64,000 bases of DNA from Eledone cirrhosa (taxonomy: Eukaryota), in assembly GCA_964016885.1 (NCBI GenBank), contig CAXHJY010000846.1, forward strand, positions 5,021-69,020. Direction: 5' to 3'. Below the pieces are notes generated by a model. That model was not told the DNA's origin. It saw only the letters and a program-made list of their open reading frames with translations, and ran no database searches. This document shows, one piece after another, positions 24,761-37,760 of this stretch; the first letter of the stretch is position 1, and every line of letters begins with the position of its first letter. A program made the position numbers and the translations under genes.

Positions 24761-27700
24761 TATAGATAGGATGAGGGGTTAAATATTATCTATATCCTTT
24801 TACAATTGCATGTTATCAGTCTTCAAAGGATCTTATTTATATAATTGAAATGCCTTAATCGAAGAGTTGGTAGCTTCTCATCGGTATTAAATGCTTCTGA
24901 CTTCCAGGATATAAATAAATAGCTCTTTAACTCTCAATCCTCTATATATATAATTTTATTTGCCGAAAAGGAATGTAGGAGTCATTTTATAATAAATCTT
25001 CATGCATCCGTATCATCTCCTGGTCTGTGTGGCCTCTCGAGTGCTGTCTGAGGTTTTTTTTACCAGAGAGCAAGAGTGAGATTGACCATGTATTCATACG
25101 CAACTTCCCATTGGTCAGTTTGACCTTATTGCCTATGAAAATGTTGCTATTGTGAGGTGCGACGTAGTTCCACTATATCACCCTCTGCTTAGACTGGAAA
25201 GCAGTCGATAAAAATGAGGAGAAATTGTCTGCAAAGGTAACATAAGTCATGCAAAGCAAATACAAAAATGAAGAAAAAAGAGAAAAAAAGAATAGTTCAT
25301 ATGTAAATTGTTTTACAAAGTTTCTTGGGCCAATGGACCTGACGACCACTGCGAGTTGTTGTGATGTATGTTGAAGGTAAAAGAGTGTTTGTATGTGATT
25401 GTGGTGTTTGTGGTGGTGCTTGTATTGACACATTGTAGGAGAGGGGAGTATGAGGCTCTGGTTTGAGAGCATCTGTGTAGGCCCGCTTTAGTCTGTCAAT
25501 AGAGACTGTGCCTTTATGTCCATTAAAGTCAATGGTGAAATGTTTATCTGTACGTGCAAGTACACGATAGGGTCCAGAATAAGGTGGAGTGAGAGGACTT
25601 CTCACTGCATCATTTCTGACAAAAACATGGGTCCACGAGGCAATGTCCCTCGGAACTGAAGATTTAATGGTTTGTTGCCTAGTGTTCATAGGAGGCAAGA
25701 CTTGAAACGCATGCAAATGGGTTACATATAGTGTAGGGACCTGAGTAGCAAGGTCAACTGGGGCAAGCATCTGCCCTGGCAGAGATAATGCAGTGCCGTA
25801 CAAAAGCTCGGCTGGAGAGAATCCAAGGTCCTCTTTCATTGAAGAGCGGATACCGAGTAATATTATGGTGAGGTAGTCGCTCCAATGTAGAGTATCTGGA
25901 TAGGTACACAATGCGGCCTTTAACTGGCAATGAAAATGCTCTACCATTTCGTTAGATGTAGGGTGGTAACTAGTAGTCCTGATGCGTTGAGCGCTGATGA
26001 TATTCGATAGATCCCTGAAAAGTTGGGATTAAAACTGCCTACCATGATCTGTAGTAATAGTGGTAGGAACCCCATAGCGCGATATCCATCCTGAAACCAG
26101 GGCTCGCGCTACAGATTCAGCAGTAATGTCACTAAGAGGAATGGCTTCAAGCCATCGGGTGAAACGGTCAATACAGGTCAGGATGTATGAACATCCACAA
26201 CTGGCGGGCCAAAGTCCCACGATATCAATGTGTATGTGGCAAAAACGTGCGTCAGGTGTGCTAAATGTGCCGATAGGTGCGCGAATATATTTATGCACCT
26301 TTGACTTTTGACAAAATAAACAGGAACATGACCAGGCAGTGATATCACGTCTCATATTCGGCCAGAAGAATCTAGCTGAAATGAGTTTCACTGTGGCGGA
26401 AATTCCGGGGTGTGCCAAACCATGTAGAGAATCGAAAACCATTTGACAATGAGTCTCTGGTACCTGAGGGCGAGGTGAATCTGTCGCAGTATCACACAGA
26501 ATCTGAGAGTCCGAAGTGGGTACAGGCAGGTATTTAAATTTGCAGGTTGCAAATTCAGGTGAAGACTGATCCAACGACTCTAGGGTGGGCTGTTCTGCAG
26601 CCACAAGATGCAAGTCAACAGTCGCAGGTACTGACAAGGCATTGATGGGTAGGCGAGATAAGGCATCCGCTGCTGTGTTTTGTTCACCCGGTATATGACG
26701 AATGTCATTCGTAAGCTGGGATATGAAGTCCAAGTGACGAGTTTCTTGAGGTGAGTATTTGTCCGGATTGGAACTGAGTGCGAACGTAAGTGGACGATGG
26801 TCAGTATAGATCGTAAACTGTCGGCCTTCCAGTGAATGCCGAAAGTGTTTCACAGCAAAGAAAATGGCTAACAGCTCGCAGCCGAAGGTGCTATAGCGGG
26901 ATTCGGCAAGGCTTCAGCTGCTTAGAAAAGAAAGCAAGAGGTTGAAGCTGTTGTTGGTGGTGCTGTTGCAATACTACACCTACCGCTGTGCCTGATGCAT
27001 CAACAACCAGCGAAAACTGGGGACCAGACACAGGGTGAGCAAGTAGAGATGCGTTTGCTAAATTCTGTTTAGCTTTGGAGAATGCTTCAAGTTGCATGGG
27101 TCCCAAAGCGATTGGCTCGTTATTCTTCTTTCTGTTACACAGGAGATCAGACAGTGGAGCTAAGAGTTCTGTGCAATGCGGGATAAACCGACGATAATAA
27201 TTTAGGAGGCCCAGGAACTGCCGCAGCTGTCACAAAGAAGTAGGCGGAGGGAGTTCCTGAAGAGCCTTCACTTTCTCAGGAAGTGGGAATGTTCCTTCAG
27301 AGTTTATCACGTGGCCTAAAAAGACAAGTGAAGCAGCGGCAAAAATACATTTCGCAGGGTTAATGCGAACTTGATACTGCCTAAATCATTCAAACAGTTG
27401 GCGGAGGTGCGAGATAGGATCCTTCCGGTGAAGCACTCGCGATGAGAATATCGTCGATGTAGCAATATACAAAATCCAGGTCGCGGACGACTCCGTCCAT
27501 AAATCGCTGGAAGGTACTAGCAGCATTGCGTCGTCCAAAAGACATTGTTAAAAACTCGAATGCACTGAAAGGTGTAGTAACAGCAGTTTTAGGAATGTCC
27601 GCAGGATTCACAGGAATTTGATGGTATTCTCTGATCAGGTTTAATTTTGAAAAGATAGTACATCCATGAAGCGAAGAAGTGAAATCCTGGATGTGAGGAA

Positions 27701-27825
27701 TTGGGTAACAGTCTGGCACGGTGATCAAATTTAATCGCCGAAAATCTCCAGTGGGACGCCAGTCTCCCGAACGTTTCGGCACCATGTGCAAAAGCGATTG
27801 CGAGGTGAGACGTAGTTCCACTACA
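24761..27825 (-). mobile_element. Ty3/Gypsy LTR retrotransposon, internally deleted (RT-RNase H-integrase retained)
   Basis: [40 protein letters not shown], integrase H..H..CxxC, IDIVG/TDHG, PPYSGPYRV; purine tract before the 3' LTR start at 25177. The LTR end is uncertain (24974 or 24761). Confidence 0.92.
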
Positions 27826-27969
27826 TATGTATATATGTATGTATATATATGTCATTACCCTCATCAACATTGAGCTGGCATGGGTGGGATGGATTATTAT
27901 AGAACATGTCTTAATCAGAATTACTGTCCTCTTAGACAAGCTGAGGGACCACATCTTGTTTACATATAT

Positions 27970-28204
27970 TCTAGATGATGATGATGGTGATGCTGGTGGT
28001 GGTGATGATGGTGATTGTGATAGTGACAATGATGGTGATGGTGATGATCGTGATAGAAGTGGTGGCGGTGGTGATGTTGGTGTGATGATGATTGTGGATG
28101 ATTATGATGGTGACAAGTTTTTCATGAATTAGATGGAAAAAAAGATGGAAATGATGATGATGATAATGAGGTGGAGTGATGATGGTGCTAGTCAAATTAT
28201 TGTT

Positions 28205-28245
<41 letters not shown>
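27970..28245. repeat. (GAT/GGT)n and (CTA)n microsatellites
   Basis: Direct inspection. Confidence 0.9.
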
Positions 28246-28246
<1 letters not shown>

Positions 28247-28614
28247 AATAAGAAAAATTAATGACTGGACTTGCAACATTTTCTGTGTTTGTATTATTTT
28301 GTATTTACGTAAATAATTATTTAATTGGTGTCAGTCATTAATTGCAACTGGTACTTATTTTATTGAACTCTTTTTTGTTACAGGAAATAAACATGACACA
28401 CACAAACATATCATCATCATCATAATTTTTTAACGTCTATTTTCAAAGCTGGCATAGATTAGACAGACTGTCATGTTATGATGTAAAACATGTTAGGTGA
28501 CTATGTTTTGCTCATATGATTTTTTTGGTTTCTTTTTAAGACTGGATGCCCTTCCTAATGCCAACTATATTAAAATGTTTGTTGGGTGTTTTTTTTTCAT
28601 GGCACCTTCTCGAG

Positions 28615-30880
28615 CTGTTCACTTATTACAACCTGTGCATCACCAAGCCACAACACAAGGTTTCCTGGAGACATCCACACTCAAAGCACTGGCACCAGCT
28701 GGACCTCATTCTGGTTAGACATACTGCCATCAAGAACATTCTCAACACATGCTCCTACTACAGTGTGCAGACTGTGACACAGACCACTCCTTGGTGTGTT
28801 GCAAGATCAAGTCGCAACCGAGGAGATTCTATCGAATCAAGAAACAAGGGAATTCTAATTCTGGTTAGAACATCTCAACCAGAATTTGTAAGGAAATTCA
28901 CGGAGGCTCTCAAGAAACAACTTTGCACCTCTCAAACTGGAGACTCTGCTACAGAGAAGTGGGAAATGCTGTGAAACATCATGCACAGCACGGCCTTGGT
29001 TACCTTTGGAAAGAGGGTCTCAAAGTCACATGACTGGTTCGACGCCAAGTCTGCCTGGATGACACCTGTCATTGCAGCCAAGCATACTGCCCTGGCTGAG
29101 TACAAACGATCACCCAGCAAGAAGAACCTACAGGCTCTCGATGCTATTAAGTGCCTGCCTGTCATGCAAGAACTTGATGCTGAGCTAACTTTAGTTAAGC
29201 TCAACAAGGCCATTAACAGCTTGAGGTTCCTCCAGACCTGATCAAGCAATACAGGACTATTCTACTGCATCCAATGCAGGAGGTCCTCTGCCAGTGCTGG
29301 CAAGAAGATACTGTGGACATGAGGGATGCCAAGATCATCACCCTCTACAAGAACAAGGGCGAAAAAAGCGACTGCAACAACTACAGTGGCATCTCCCTCC
29401 AGTGTCGTTTGTAAGGTATTCGCATGGGTCATCTTGATCCGCCTTCAGAAGCTGGCAGAGCATGTGTACCCAGAATCAGAGTGCCGCTTCCGAGCCAAGC
29501 GACCAACAGTAGACATAGTCTTCTCTCTCCACCAACTCCAGGAGAAGTATGGGGAACAGAGCATGCCCCTGTATGTTGCTTTTATTGACCTCACCAAGGT
29601 GTTTGACCTGGTTAGTAGAGATAGCCTTTTCAAGATCCTCCCAAAGATTGGCTGCCCACTGGGACTGCAGAGCATGGTCAAATCTTTCCACATCAACATG
29701 AAGGGGACAGTGCAGTTTAATGGGGGCACCTTGGAGCCATGCAGCATTTGCAGTGGCATAAAACAAGACTGTGTCCTTGCGTCCACACTCTTTGGGATCT
29801 TCTTTGCTCTGCTCTTGAAGCATGCATTTGGCACTGTAACAGAGGGGATCTTCCTACATAACAGATCAGACGGCTAGCTGTTCAACCTCGCCCACCCCAG
29901 AATGAGGATAAAAGTACATAAAACTCTTATTAGAGATATGCTGTTTTCTAATGATGCGGTGGCTGTGACACACTCCCAGCTGGAACTCCAGATGCTGATG
30001 GACCGCTTCTCCTAGGCCTGCAGGATGTGTGACTGACCATCAGCCTTGGGAAGACAAACGTCTTGGGACAGGACACAGAGGCATCACCAATCATCAAAAT
30101 CGATGACTATGAGCTTGACATCGTCCATCAGTTCACCTATCTTGGTTCCACCATTACCGACAACCTCTCCTTGGACACAGAGCTTGACAGGAGGATTGGG
30201 AAGGCAGCCACAACATTTGCTTGCCTCACAACCAGAGTGTGGACAAACCCCCAAAGCTGATGGTAAAGATCAATGCCTGTGTCATTGGTATGTGACACAG
30301 GGTCCCCATACGCCAGACAGGAGAGGTGACTCAACACCTTCCATCTGAGAAGTCTACGCCATATCCTGGTTATATCCTGGCAGGACAGAGTACCCAACTC
30401 CGAGGTCCTTATTCGTGCTGGCTTTCCCAGCATGTTTGTGCTGCTCCCACAGCACAGACTACACTGGCTAGGACACATCCACTGCATAAATGATGGCTGC
30501 ATCCCAAAAGACATCCTATATGGGGAGCTGGCCTCTGGAAAGAGAGCCACTGGTCGACCTCCGCTGTGATACAAAGACATTGTGAAGAGAGATATGACGG
30601 CCATTGAGATCAACACAGAGTCCTGGGAGGGCCTTGCAGCTGACTGGCTAAGATGGAGGAACACCCTAAATCAACACCTCAAATCAGGGGAGGAGAATTT
30701 GATGACTGCAGCAGCGGACATGAGAGCTCAGCAAAAGGGGTGCAATAAATCCAACAGCCAGAGACCATATACAGATATGCTCTATGTGACAAGTCTGTTT
30801 AGCTACCGGAGATGCTGCTCCAGCTGAGCTGACAACAGGATACTACCCATAGTCAGCCTTAACTAAAGGAGGCCTTAACT
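28615..30880 (+). mobile_element. RTE-BovB-like LINE remnant (APE C-terminus, internal deletion, RT, C-terminus)
   Basis: KPQHKVSWRHPHSKHWHQLDLILVR; FIDLTKVFDLVSR; GIKQDCVLASTLF; FTYLGSTITDNLSLD; RLHWLGH; many stops and frameshifts. Confidence 0.9.
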
Positions 30881-30956
30881 TAATTTAACTAACCAGTATG
30901 ATCATCTTACAAGGTAATCTGGGTATCTTTTGTATCACCACTACGGCCACTTTATG

Positions 30957-31022
<66 letters not shown>

Positions 31023-31155
31023 AAAGTATATATTGAGTTAAAAACTCACTGTCCCTTATAATAAAAGTAGCTCAAGGAAAATTTTTTCCAAGCCTAATAA
31101 TAATAATTGCGATTTGAATGCATATATGTATATGTCTGTGTTCGTCTCTCTTTAT

Positions 31156-31194
<39 letters not shown>

Positions 31195-31200
<6 letters not shown>

Positions 31201-31995
31201 GAGTTAAACAAGATTCAATGAGTATATCAAAGAATGAGTTTTACAGTAGATTGGAAGCCCTCTATGGAAAATAATTTTCCAGAGTTATTAATATTAAAAT
31301 ACAAATATTAATAAAATAGATGTTCTTTTTATCAATTACATTTTATTATACATATTTCAGATGTACAACAGTACGTCCTCATCAGGAAAAATATAATGAT
31401 ACATGACATACCCTGAGATGTTAAATGGTTAAGATTTAATCAAGGTAGTGATTAACCTAAGAGAAAATTTAACATTTATACCCTAATTATGAGAAAATGC
31501 GAAAACGTAATAAATTCAATAGAGAATGTGTGAGTAAGAAAAACGTTGCTTAATGTAACAGTCATAGAGATTTTAAAATGTATGATACTACAATTTATCA
31601 GGGAAAGCGGTCAATGAGAGCCGGTGAGATAATATATGTAGAGAGAGGGAAGATAAGTGGTAATATATGTAGAAGGAGATTTTCTGAAAGTTAAACAGTT
31701 AAGTTTGAAAATATTTAATTTATGCTATTTTAGGGTGAAGAATCAAGATTTTAGTTTTTTTTTTTAAATTGCAGGTTATTTATTAGTTTTGTAAATTCAA
31801 TAAGTGTTTTAACATTTCTAAACTTCGGAATTTTATGAGGATAACTTTTAAAGGATTTAGCTGGCCAGCGGAAAAGAAAGTTTACACTGTCCAATATTTT
31901 TCTAAATGTAAGCTTTACCGGAGATATTCATTGTCAACATATATGGTATGTAAATCTTATGAAATATTTATTGTTAGAAATATTTAAATAACTAT
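31195..31995 (-). mobile_element. Decayed PLE 3' end/pLTR
   Basis: Hammerhead motif at 31330-31401; upstream sequence weakly resembles a GIY-YIG C-terminal region. Confidence 0.5.
31330..31401 (-). ncRNA. Minimal hammerhead ribozyme motif (CpG-decayed)
   Basis: Minus strand: tatcattatatttttc CTGATGA GGACGTAC tgtt GTACATCT GAAA TATGTA TA ataaaatgtaattgata. Confidence 0.75.
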
Positions 31996-31999
31996 TATG

Positions 32000-32076
<77 letters not shown>

Positions 32077-32387
32077 AATTAAGATTAAAATCAAAATTAA
32101 ATTTAAAATTAAAATTAAAAGCATAGGGTGGAATACATGCGACAGATAATACAATAGAATATTGTATTATCTGTATTATCTTGTCGCATGTATTCCACCC
32201 TATGCTTTTAATTTTAATTTTAAATTTAATTTTGATTTTAATCTTAATTTGAATTATTGTACAATTATAGTATAATATAATATATGTCACATCCATTCCA
32301 ACTGTAAACATGAAACTGTTGTCCACAACATCAATATATATGTATCTGTATGATTCTTTAGTTGAATAGGAGGTTAATTATATGTAC

Positions 32388-32457
32388 AAACATTGATAAT
32401 GCTCCGAAGACTCCAAGCCTAGGTTTGGAAGAAACAATTGTCAGTGATTAAATGTTT
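32388..32457 (+). ncRNA. Hammerhead ribozyme variant in 5' pLTR
   Basis: aaacattgataatgct CCGAAGA c TCCAAGC ctag GTTTGGA a GAAA CAATTG TC agtgattaaatgttt; predicted cleavage after 32442. Confidence 0.75.
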
Positions 32458-32681
32458 TAAACATAACTTTGAGTCTTGTGTATTCTATATTACTGCTCTG
32501 TAAAACAACTGATGTTCTTACATTGAGCTATTTATCTTACTGGTAATAAGGTAGTAATAAATTACTGACCTTCCCTGTTTATAGTTGTTTATAGTATAGC
32601 ATATATACATAACTATAAATAGTATCTTTAATATTATTAACTGCTCCATACTGTTGAGCTAACATACATTAAATTACCAGT

Positions 32682-35100
32682 ATGCTGATCAAAGAATACC
32701 TTCCTATGTCTACTAAGAACATACCAATACCATCTAAAGATACAAACGAAAAATTATTGATCAATAGTGTCAACTCCTTTATCAATAGAGTGAGATGGAG
32801 GACATTCCATTATGATAAAAACAGATCTAACAAAACCGATGATACTAACAAATTTGACTCCTTCGGCTTTAAAACTTTTAAAAGCCCTCCTCACAACACA
32901 CTATTAAACTCTTTTGAAAATGACCTAATAAAACTAGTTAAGAACATTAAATACAAAAAGCATCGTAATAGAAACAACACTTTCTTAAACAAACTTAACT
33001 CTTCTATTAAAGGATTCAATACAAATAATAAAATTATTGTACATGCAGATAAACCTAATAATATATATAGCCTAGATTATGATACTTATAGAAAATTTAT
33101 ATATAGAGAACTACACAGGAGCTATAAGAAAACTACTATTAAAAACCTAGAAGATATTAATTTGGAAGGCCATAGTATAGTGTCTAAATTGGGACTTCAG
33201 AGGCATACACAGCCATACACCCCTAACTCCCCAAGATTCTCTCTGAAGGACCATAAGGAAGATTTCATTAGTAACCCTTCGATAAGACTAATCTGCCCTT
33301 CCAAATCTGACATTGGCATTATCAGTAAGAAAATTTTAGATAAAATCATCCCACAGATTAAGCACAAAATATACCTTAACCAGTGGGGAAATACAGGTGA
33401 AGTTATTGAATGGTTTAAGGATATTAAAGAGAACAAAAATAAAAAATTTATACAGTTTGATATTAATTCATACTACACCTCTATTTCCCCTATCCTATTA
33501 AATAAGGCACTTATTATGGCCATGAACAATAGTGACCTGACTAAATCCCAGATTGATGTCATACTTGCGGCCCGTAAAACCATAATTACATTTGAAGATC
33601 AGTTATGGACCAGCAAGAATACGCATAACAACTTTGACATAACTATGGGATCTAGTGACTCGGCGCAGGTCACTGATTTGGTGGGCCTATATCTACTAAA
33701 TGAAATCCATAAGGACCTACCATACCTCAACGGTGGTTTATACCGCGATGATGTTATAAACTATCAAAATTTTAATATAGAAAGAACTAGGAAACTATTA
33801 CATAAAACTTTCAAAAACTATAACTTAAGTATCACCATAGATAAAAAACGCTAAAAATGTTAACTTCCTTGATGCTACCCTTTACCTAGACTCTAAAATA
33901 TATACACCCTTTCATAAACCTAACGAAAAACTAATTTATGTAGATACCAAGTCTAACCACCCTAGGTCCATATTAAACTCAATCACTAAAGGAATATCTA
34001 ATAGAATCTCTAATCTATATTATAACGAAACCATATTTAGCAATAATTCACAATACTACAATCAAGCATTAGCTAAATCAGGCCATAATAATGGGATTGA
34101 GTTCCTACCTATAAAATCACATAGTTACAACATTATTTCTCACAATATGGCCATGAGGAAAAATAGTAATAAGAATAATAACCACCCTTACACTAATACG
34201 AAGGGTAGTATCAAACTTAACTCGCACCAAAGTAGACACCAAAATATTATAAACAGAAATACCTCAATAGATATAAAAAACAAAAAATAGAAGAAGAACT
34301 AATACATTTTTCAATCCCCCTTTCAATCTAAATGTCTTTACCAACTTACCTAAGTAAGGCTTTCTTCTCAATCCTGGAAAAAAAATTCCCATCTGGCCAC
34401 AAGTACTATAGTCTTATAAATAAAAACACCATTAAAATCTCCTACTCTACCACACCTAACATAGCATACAATATAGCTAGTAGTAATAAAAGAAAGATTA
34501 ATACTTATTTTCAACAAATTAAAACACAGCAGGAGGTAAACTTTCAAAACAACATAATAACTACAAACCCTAATAACAATAGTAATAATAGTAATAACAC
34601 TAATGAAATCAATAACATTAGGAACGACAACCATCATAGCCCTAATGCAATACCTAGCAACCAGACTTCTACACAACATAATAACCGACAAGATAACATC
34701 CAAAATAAATGTAACTGTAGATCAAATAGAACCTGCCCTTTAGGTAGCAACTGCTTAATCAAGGACATCATTTACTCATGCACGGTCAACACTAACAACT
34801 CTTCTAAAACCTATATAGGCTCTACTTCGAACTGCTTCAAGACGAGATACAACTCACACCTCCATTCTTTCAAAAAACACAATCTAACCAACTCCACTTC
34901 ACTATCTAGCTACATACACTATCTGAAAACTAGGAATAGATCATATTCACTTCAATAGGAAGTAGTAGGTAGGGCTGCATCGTATAAACCACCTAATACA
35001 TTTTGTAACCTCTGTCTACTAGAGACCCATTCTATAATCTTTTCGAATCTTAACCTCCTTAATAAAAAATCGGAAGTGTTTGCATCGTGCCAGCACCACT
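32682..35100 (+). pseudogene. PLE RT plus GIY-YIG ORF with frameshifts and stops
   Basis: HADK, LKDHKEDF, RLICPSKSDIG, FIQFDI, FDITMGSSDS, GLYRDD, NFLD, CNCRSNRTCPLGSNC, IIYSC...YIGSTS, CNLC. Confidence 0.9.
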
Positions 35101-36543
35101 TCCGACACTCTTTCCAAAACTTTAAACCTAGTATATAACAATGTCAGATTTGAACTCATCACCACCATTAGCACTTCACCTCTAGGACTTGCCTTCCACC
35201 ACTGCATCACACTCTTTGATCCACCCTTTCCTCTACACAAATCATTTTATCTATAACTTTATACTCTAAAAATATTCTTATAGTCACCACCTTTTAATAT
35301 AATTACTTTAGATTACATATAATTATATAGTGATTGAAATATAATACAATTTATATAAACTTTAAATATTAAAAGTAACAATGAATTATATATACATTTA
35401 TAATTAAATGTATAAATTAATAACATTGTATATATAGGATTAATTTATTATATAAGGGATTTATCTAACTTAAATGTAATATGGAACAATGAATTATATA
35501 TACATTTATAAATAAATGTATAGATTAATAACATTGTATATAAAGGATGAATTTATTTACTCAAGAGATATATCTAATTTATCATGCAAACAGCTATACG
35601 TTATTCCATAGCTTACCAAATATTGGGTAGACAACAATCTAATAAAACCTTTAATATATTTTTAAGAGAGTAGACTATATTTAAAAGTAAATAAAATATA
35701 AATATATAACACTTTGTATGGGAAATTCAATTATGGCACTATATAATATTGGGTAGACAACTTTCTAATGAAACCTTTAATATATTATGAGAGAGTAGAC
35801 TGTATTTAAAATTAAATATAAATATATAACTTTTTATATAAGGGACTCAATTGAGGCACCATATAATGTCTATTAGAGCAATGAATTTAATTATTATAAT
35901 GAGCTCGTTACCTCCCCTTACGCATTAGCTCCCCTTAATTCGATACCCACTTCCGGATATTAAACCGTTGAAAATTCTCGCAGCTGAACAACTCTAATCT
36001 ATAAATATGGATTAAATAACACTAAGTTACAATACATTACTATCCATTACTATAACAAACATTCAATACAAATATATCGTAACTTATGTAATGGATGTGA
36101 AATCTGTAACTTTCTTTTTCTACACACATACAAATTTGAACTATACAGAAAATATCCTCACAGTGCAACCACCATAATACACTAACATATTTGCTTAAAG
36201 TGCTTGTATTTCATGTAATACCTTGCCATACAGTACTCATATATGCATGATACATTTGCTTGTTCCATTCCTTTATATATGACTAACGCATGTACTATCT
36301 CTTTAATTTAATTTTTAGACTATTCTATTGTATTATCTGTCGCATGTATTCCACCCTATGCTTTTAATTTTAATTTTAAATTTAATTTTGATTTTAATCT
36401 TAATTTGAATTATTGTACAATTATAGTATAATATAATATATGTCGCATCCATTCCAACTGTAAACATGAAACTGTTGTCCACAACATCAATATATATGTA
36501 TCTGTATGATTCTTTAGTTGAATAGGAGGTTAATTATATGTAC

Positions 36544-36613
36544 AAACATTGATAATGCTCCGAAGACTCCAAGCCTAGGTTTGGAAGAAACAATTGTCAG
36601 TGATTAAATGTTT
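36544..36613 (+). ncRNA. Hammerhead ribozyme variant in 3' pLTR (identical to 32388-32457)
   Basis: Same sequence as the 5' copy; predicted cleavage after 36598. Confidence 0.75.
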
Positions 36614-36988
36614 TAAACATAACTTTGAGTCTTGTGTATTCTATATTACTGCTCTGTAAAACAACTGATGTTCTTACATTGAGCTATTTATCTTACTGGT
36701 AATAAGGTAGTAATAAATTACTGACCTTCCCTGTTTATAGTTGTTTATAGTTTAGTATATATACATAACTATAAATAGTATCTTTAATATTATATATATA
36801 TATATATATATGTATGTATATATGTAGAAGTTATATTTAATTTGTTGGGATTCCAACAAACTTAAAAGTTTATAACTGATATAGAGCACTCAACAAATTG
36901 CTGGAGTAAATATTCAATATATTAATAAATGGAAACTATATTTATAAAACCATAATTATTTTATTATATGTATTTCAAGGGCGACCAA

Positions 36989-37033
<45 letters not shown>

Positions 37034-37229
37034 TCGTCAGTCATCCCTCCAATGAAAGGTGAAGTATTCATTTTACTTTTTTTAATAGTTAGAATAAATG
37101 CAGCTCACCATACATGCATATTCATAGATTTTTCCACTAACTGGAGCAGTTGTACCAACCCATTGTTAAATTAATAGTCAATCATTTGTGAAGCCACTGG
37201 TGTTCATGATGCCAAGGTCATCTAATTAA

Positions 37230-37760
37230 ACTGATGATTGTCGCATGAGCTACTGTTTACTATAAGACAAACAGGATTTTTATCAAGGCTTACTCCTTGT
37301 CATAATACCAAATCTCATAATAGAAAATGTCAACTAAGAACAGTTCCTCAATATGAGGGGGCTGCACTTTATGGTAATTTTAGCAAAAGCCTCCCACCAA
37401 ACCCTGGATCATTCTGTCACCTCACAGACATTGAAAGTACCCTCTCTCGGTTTATTCCCCACTACTTAGAAGAACATAGTCAGATAAGGCCACTCTCACC
37501 CATCTTTCCTAAAATACATAAGAAGGCAACACCTCCCTCTTTCCCCTTACCCTACTCTTCAAATGGTACTTGAAGAAGTTGATGAGGGCTTGATCGCACA
37601 GGAATATTCCTGACCTCAAACCTTTTAGATGTGTCCTCCATGTAACCTTTGCCACCATAGCCATCAAACATAGGAAAAGTTGCTGCATCTCCCTTCTAAA
37701 GGAAGGTAGCAGTTCAGTTTTCACTACAGACATGGCTGATAGTCAGATCTACCCTACAAC
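37230..37760 (-). mobile_element. Older Tx1/L1-like LINE 3' fragment
   Basis: AKVTWRTHLKGLRSGIFLCDQALINFFKYHLK is homologous to AKEVIWWTRLKGL...LINFKFHLE at 43658-43876. Confidence 0.75.

Larger units (their letters stand above)
32074..36792 (+). mobile_element. Penelope-like element 3 (Naiad-like), apparently full-length: inverted tail, pLTR, ORF, pLTR
   Basis: Direct repeats 32182-32638 and 36338-36792 are nearly identical; 32074-32158 is an inverted copy of the repeat start; RT plus GIY-YIG ORF lies between. Confidence 0.93.

Noticed and set aside
34700-35020. Selenocysteine recoding, reported for some Naiad PLEs
   Set aside because: Conserved Cys positions in both Naiad-like elements use TGT/TGC; the lesions I traced are TAG/TAA or frameshifts, not in-frame TGA.
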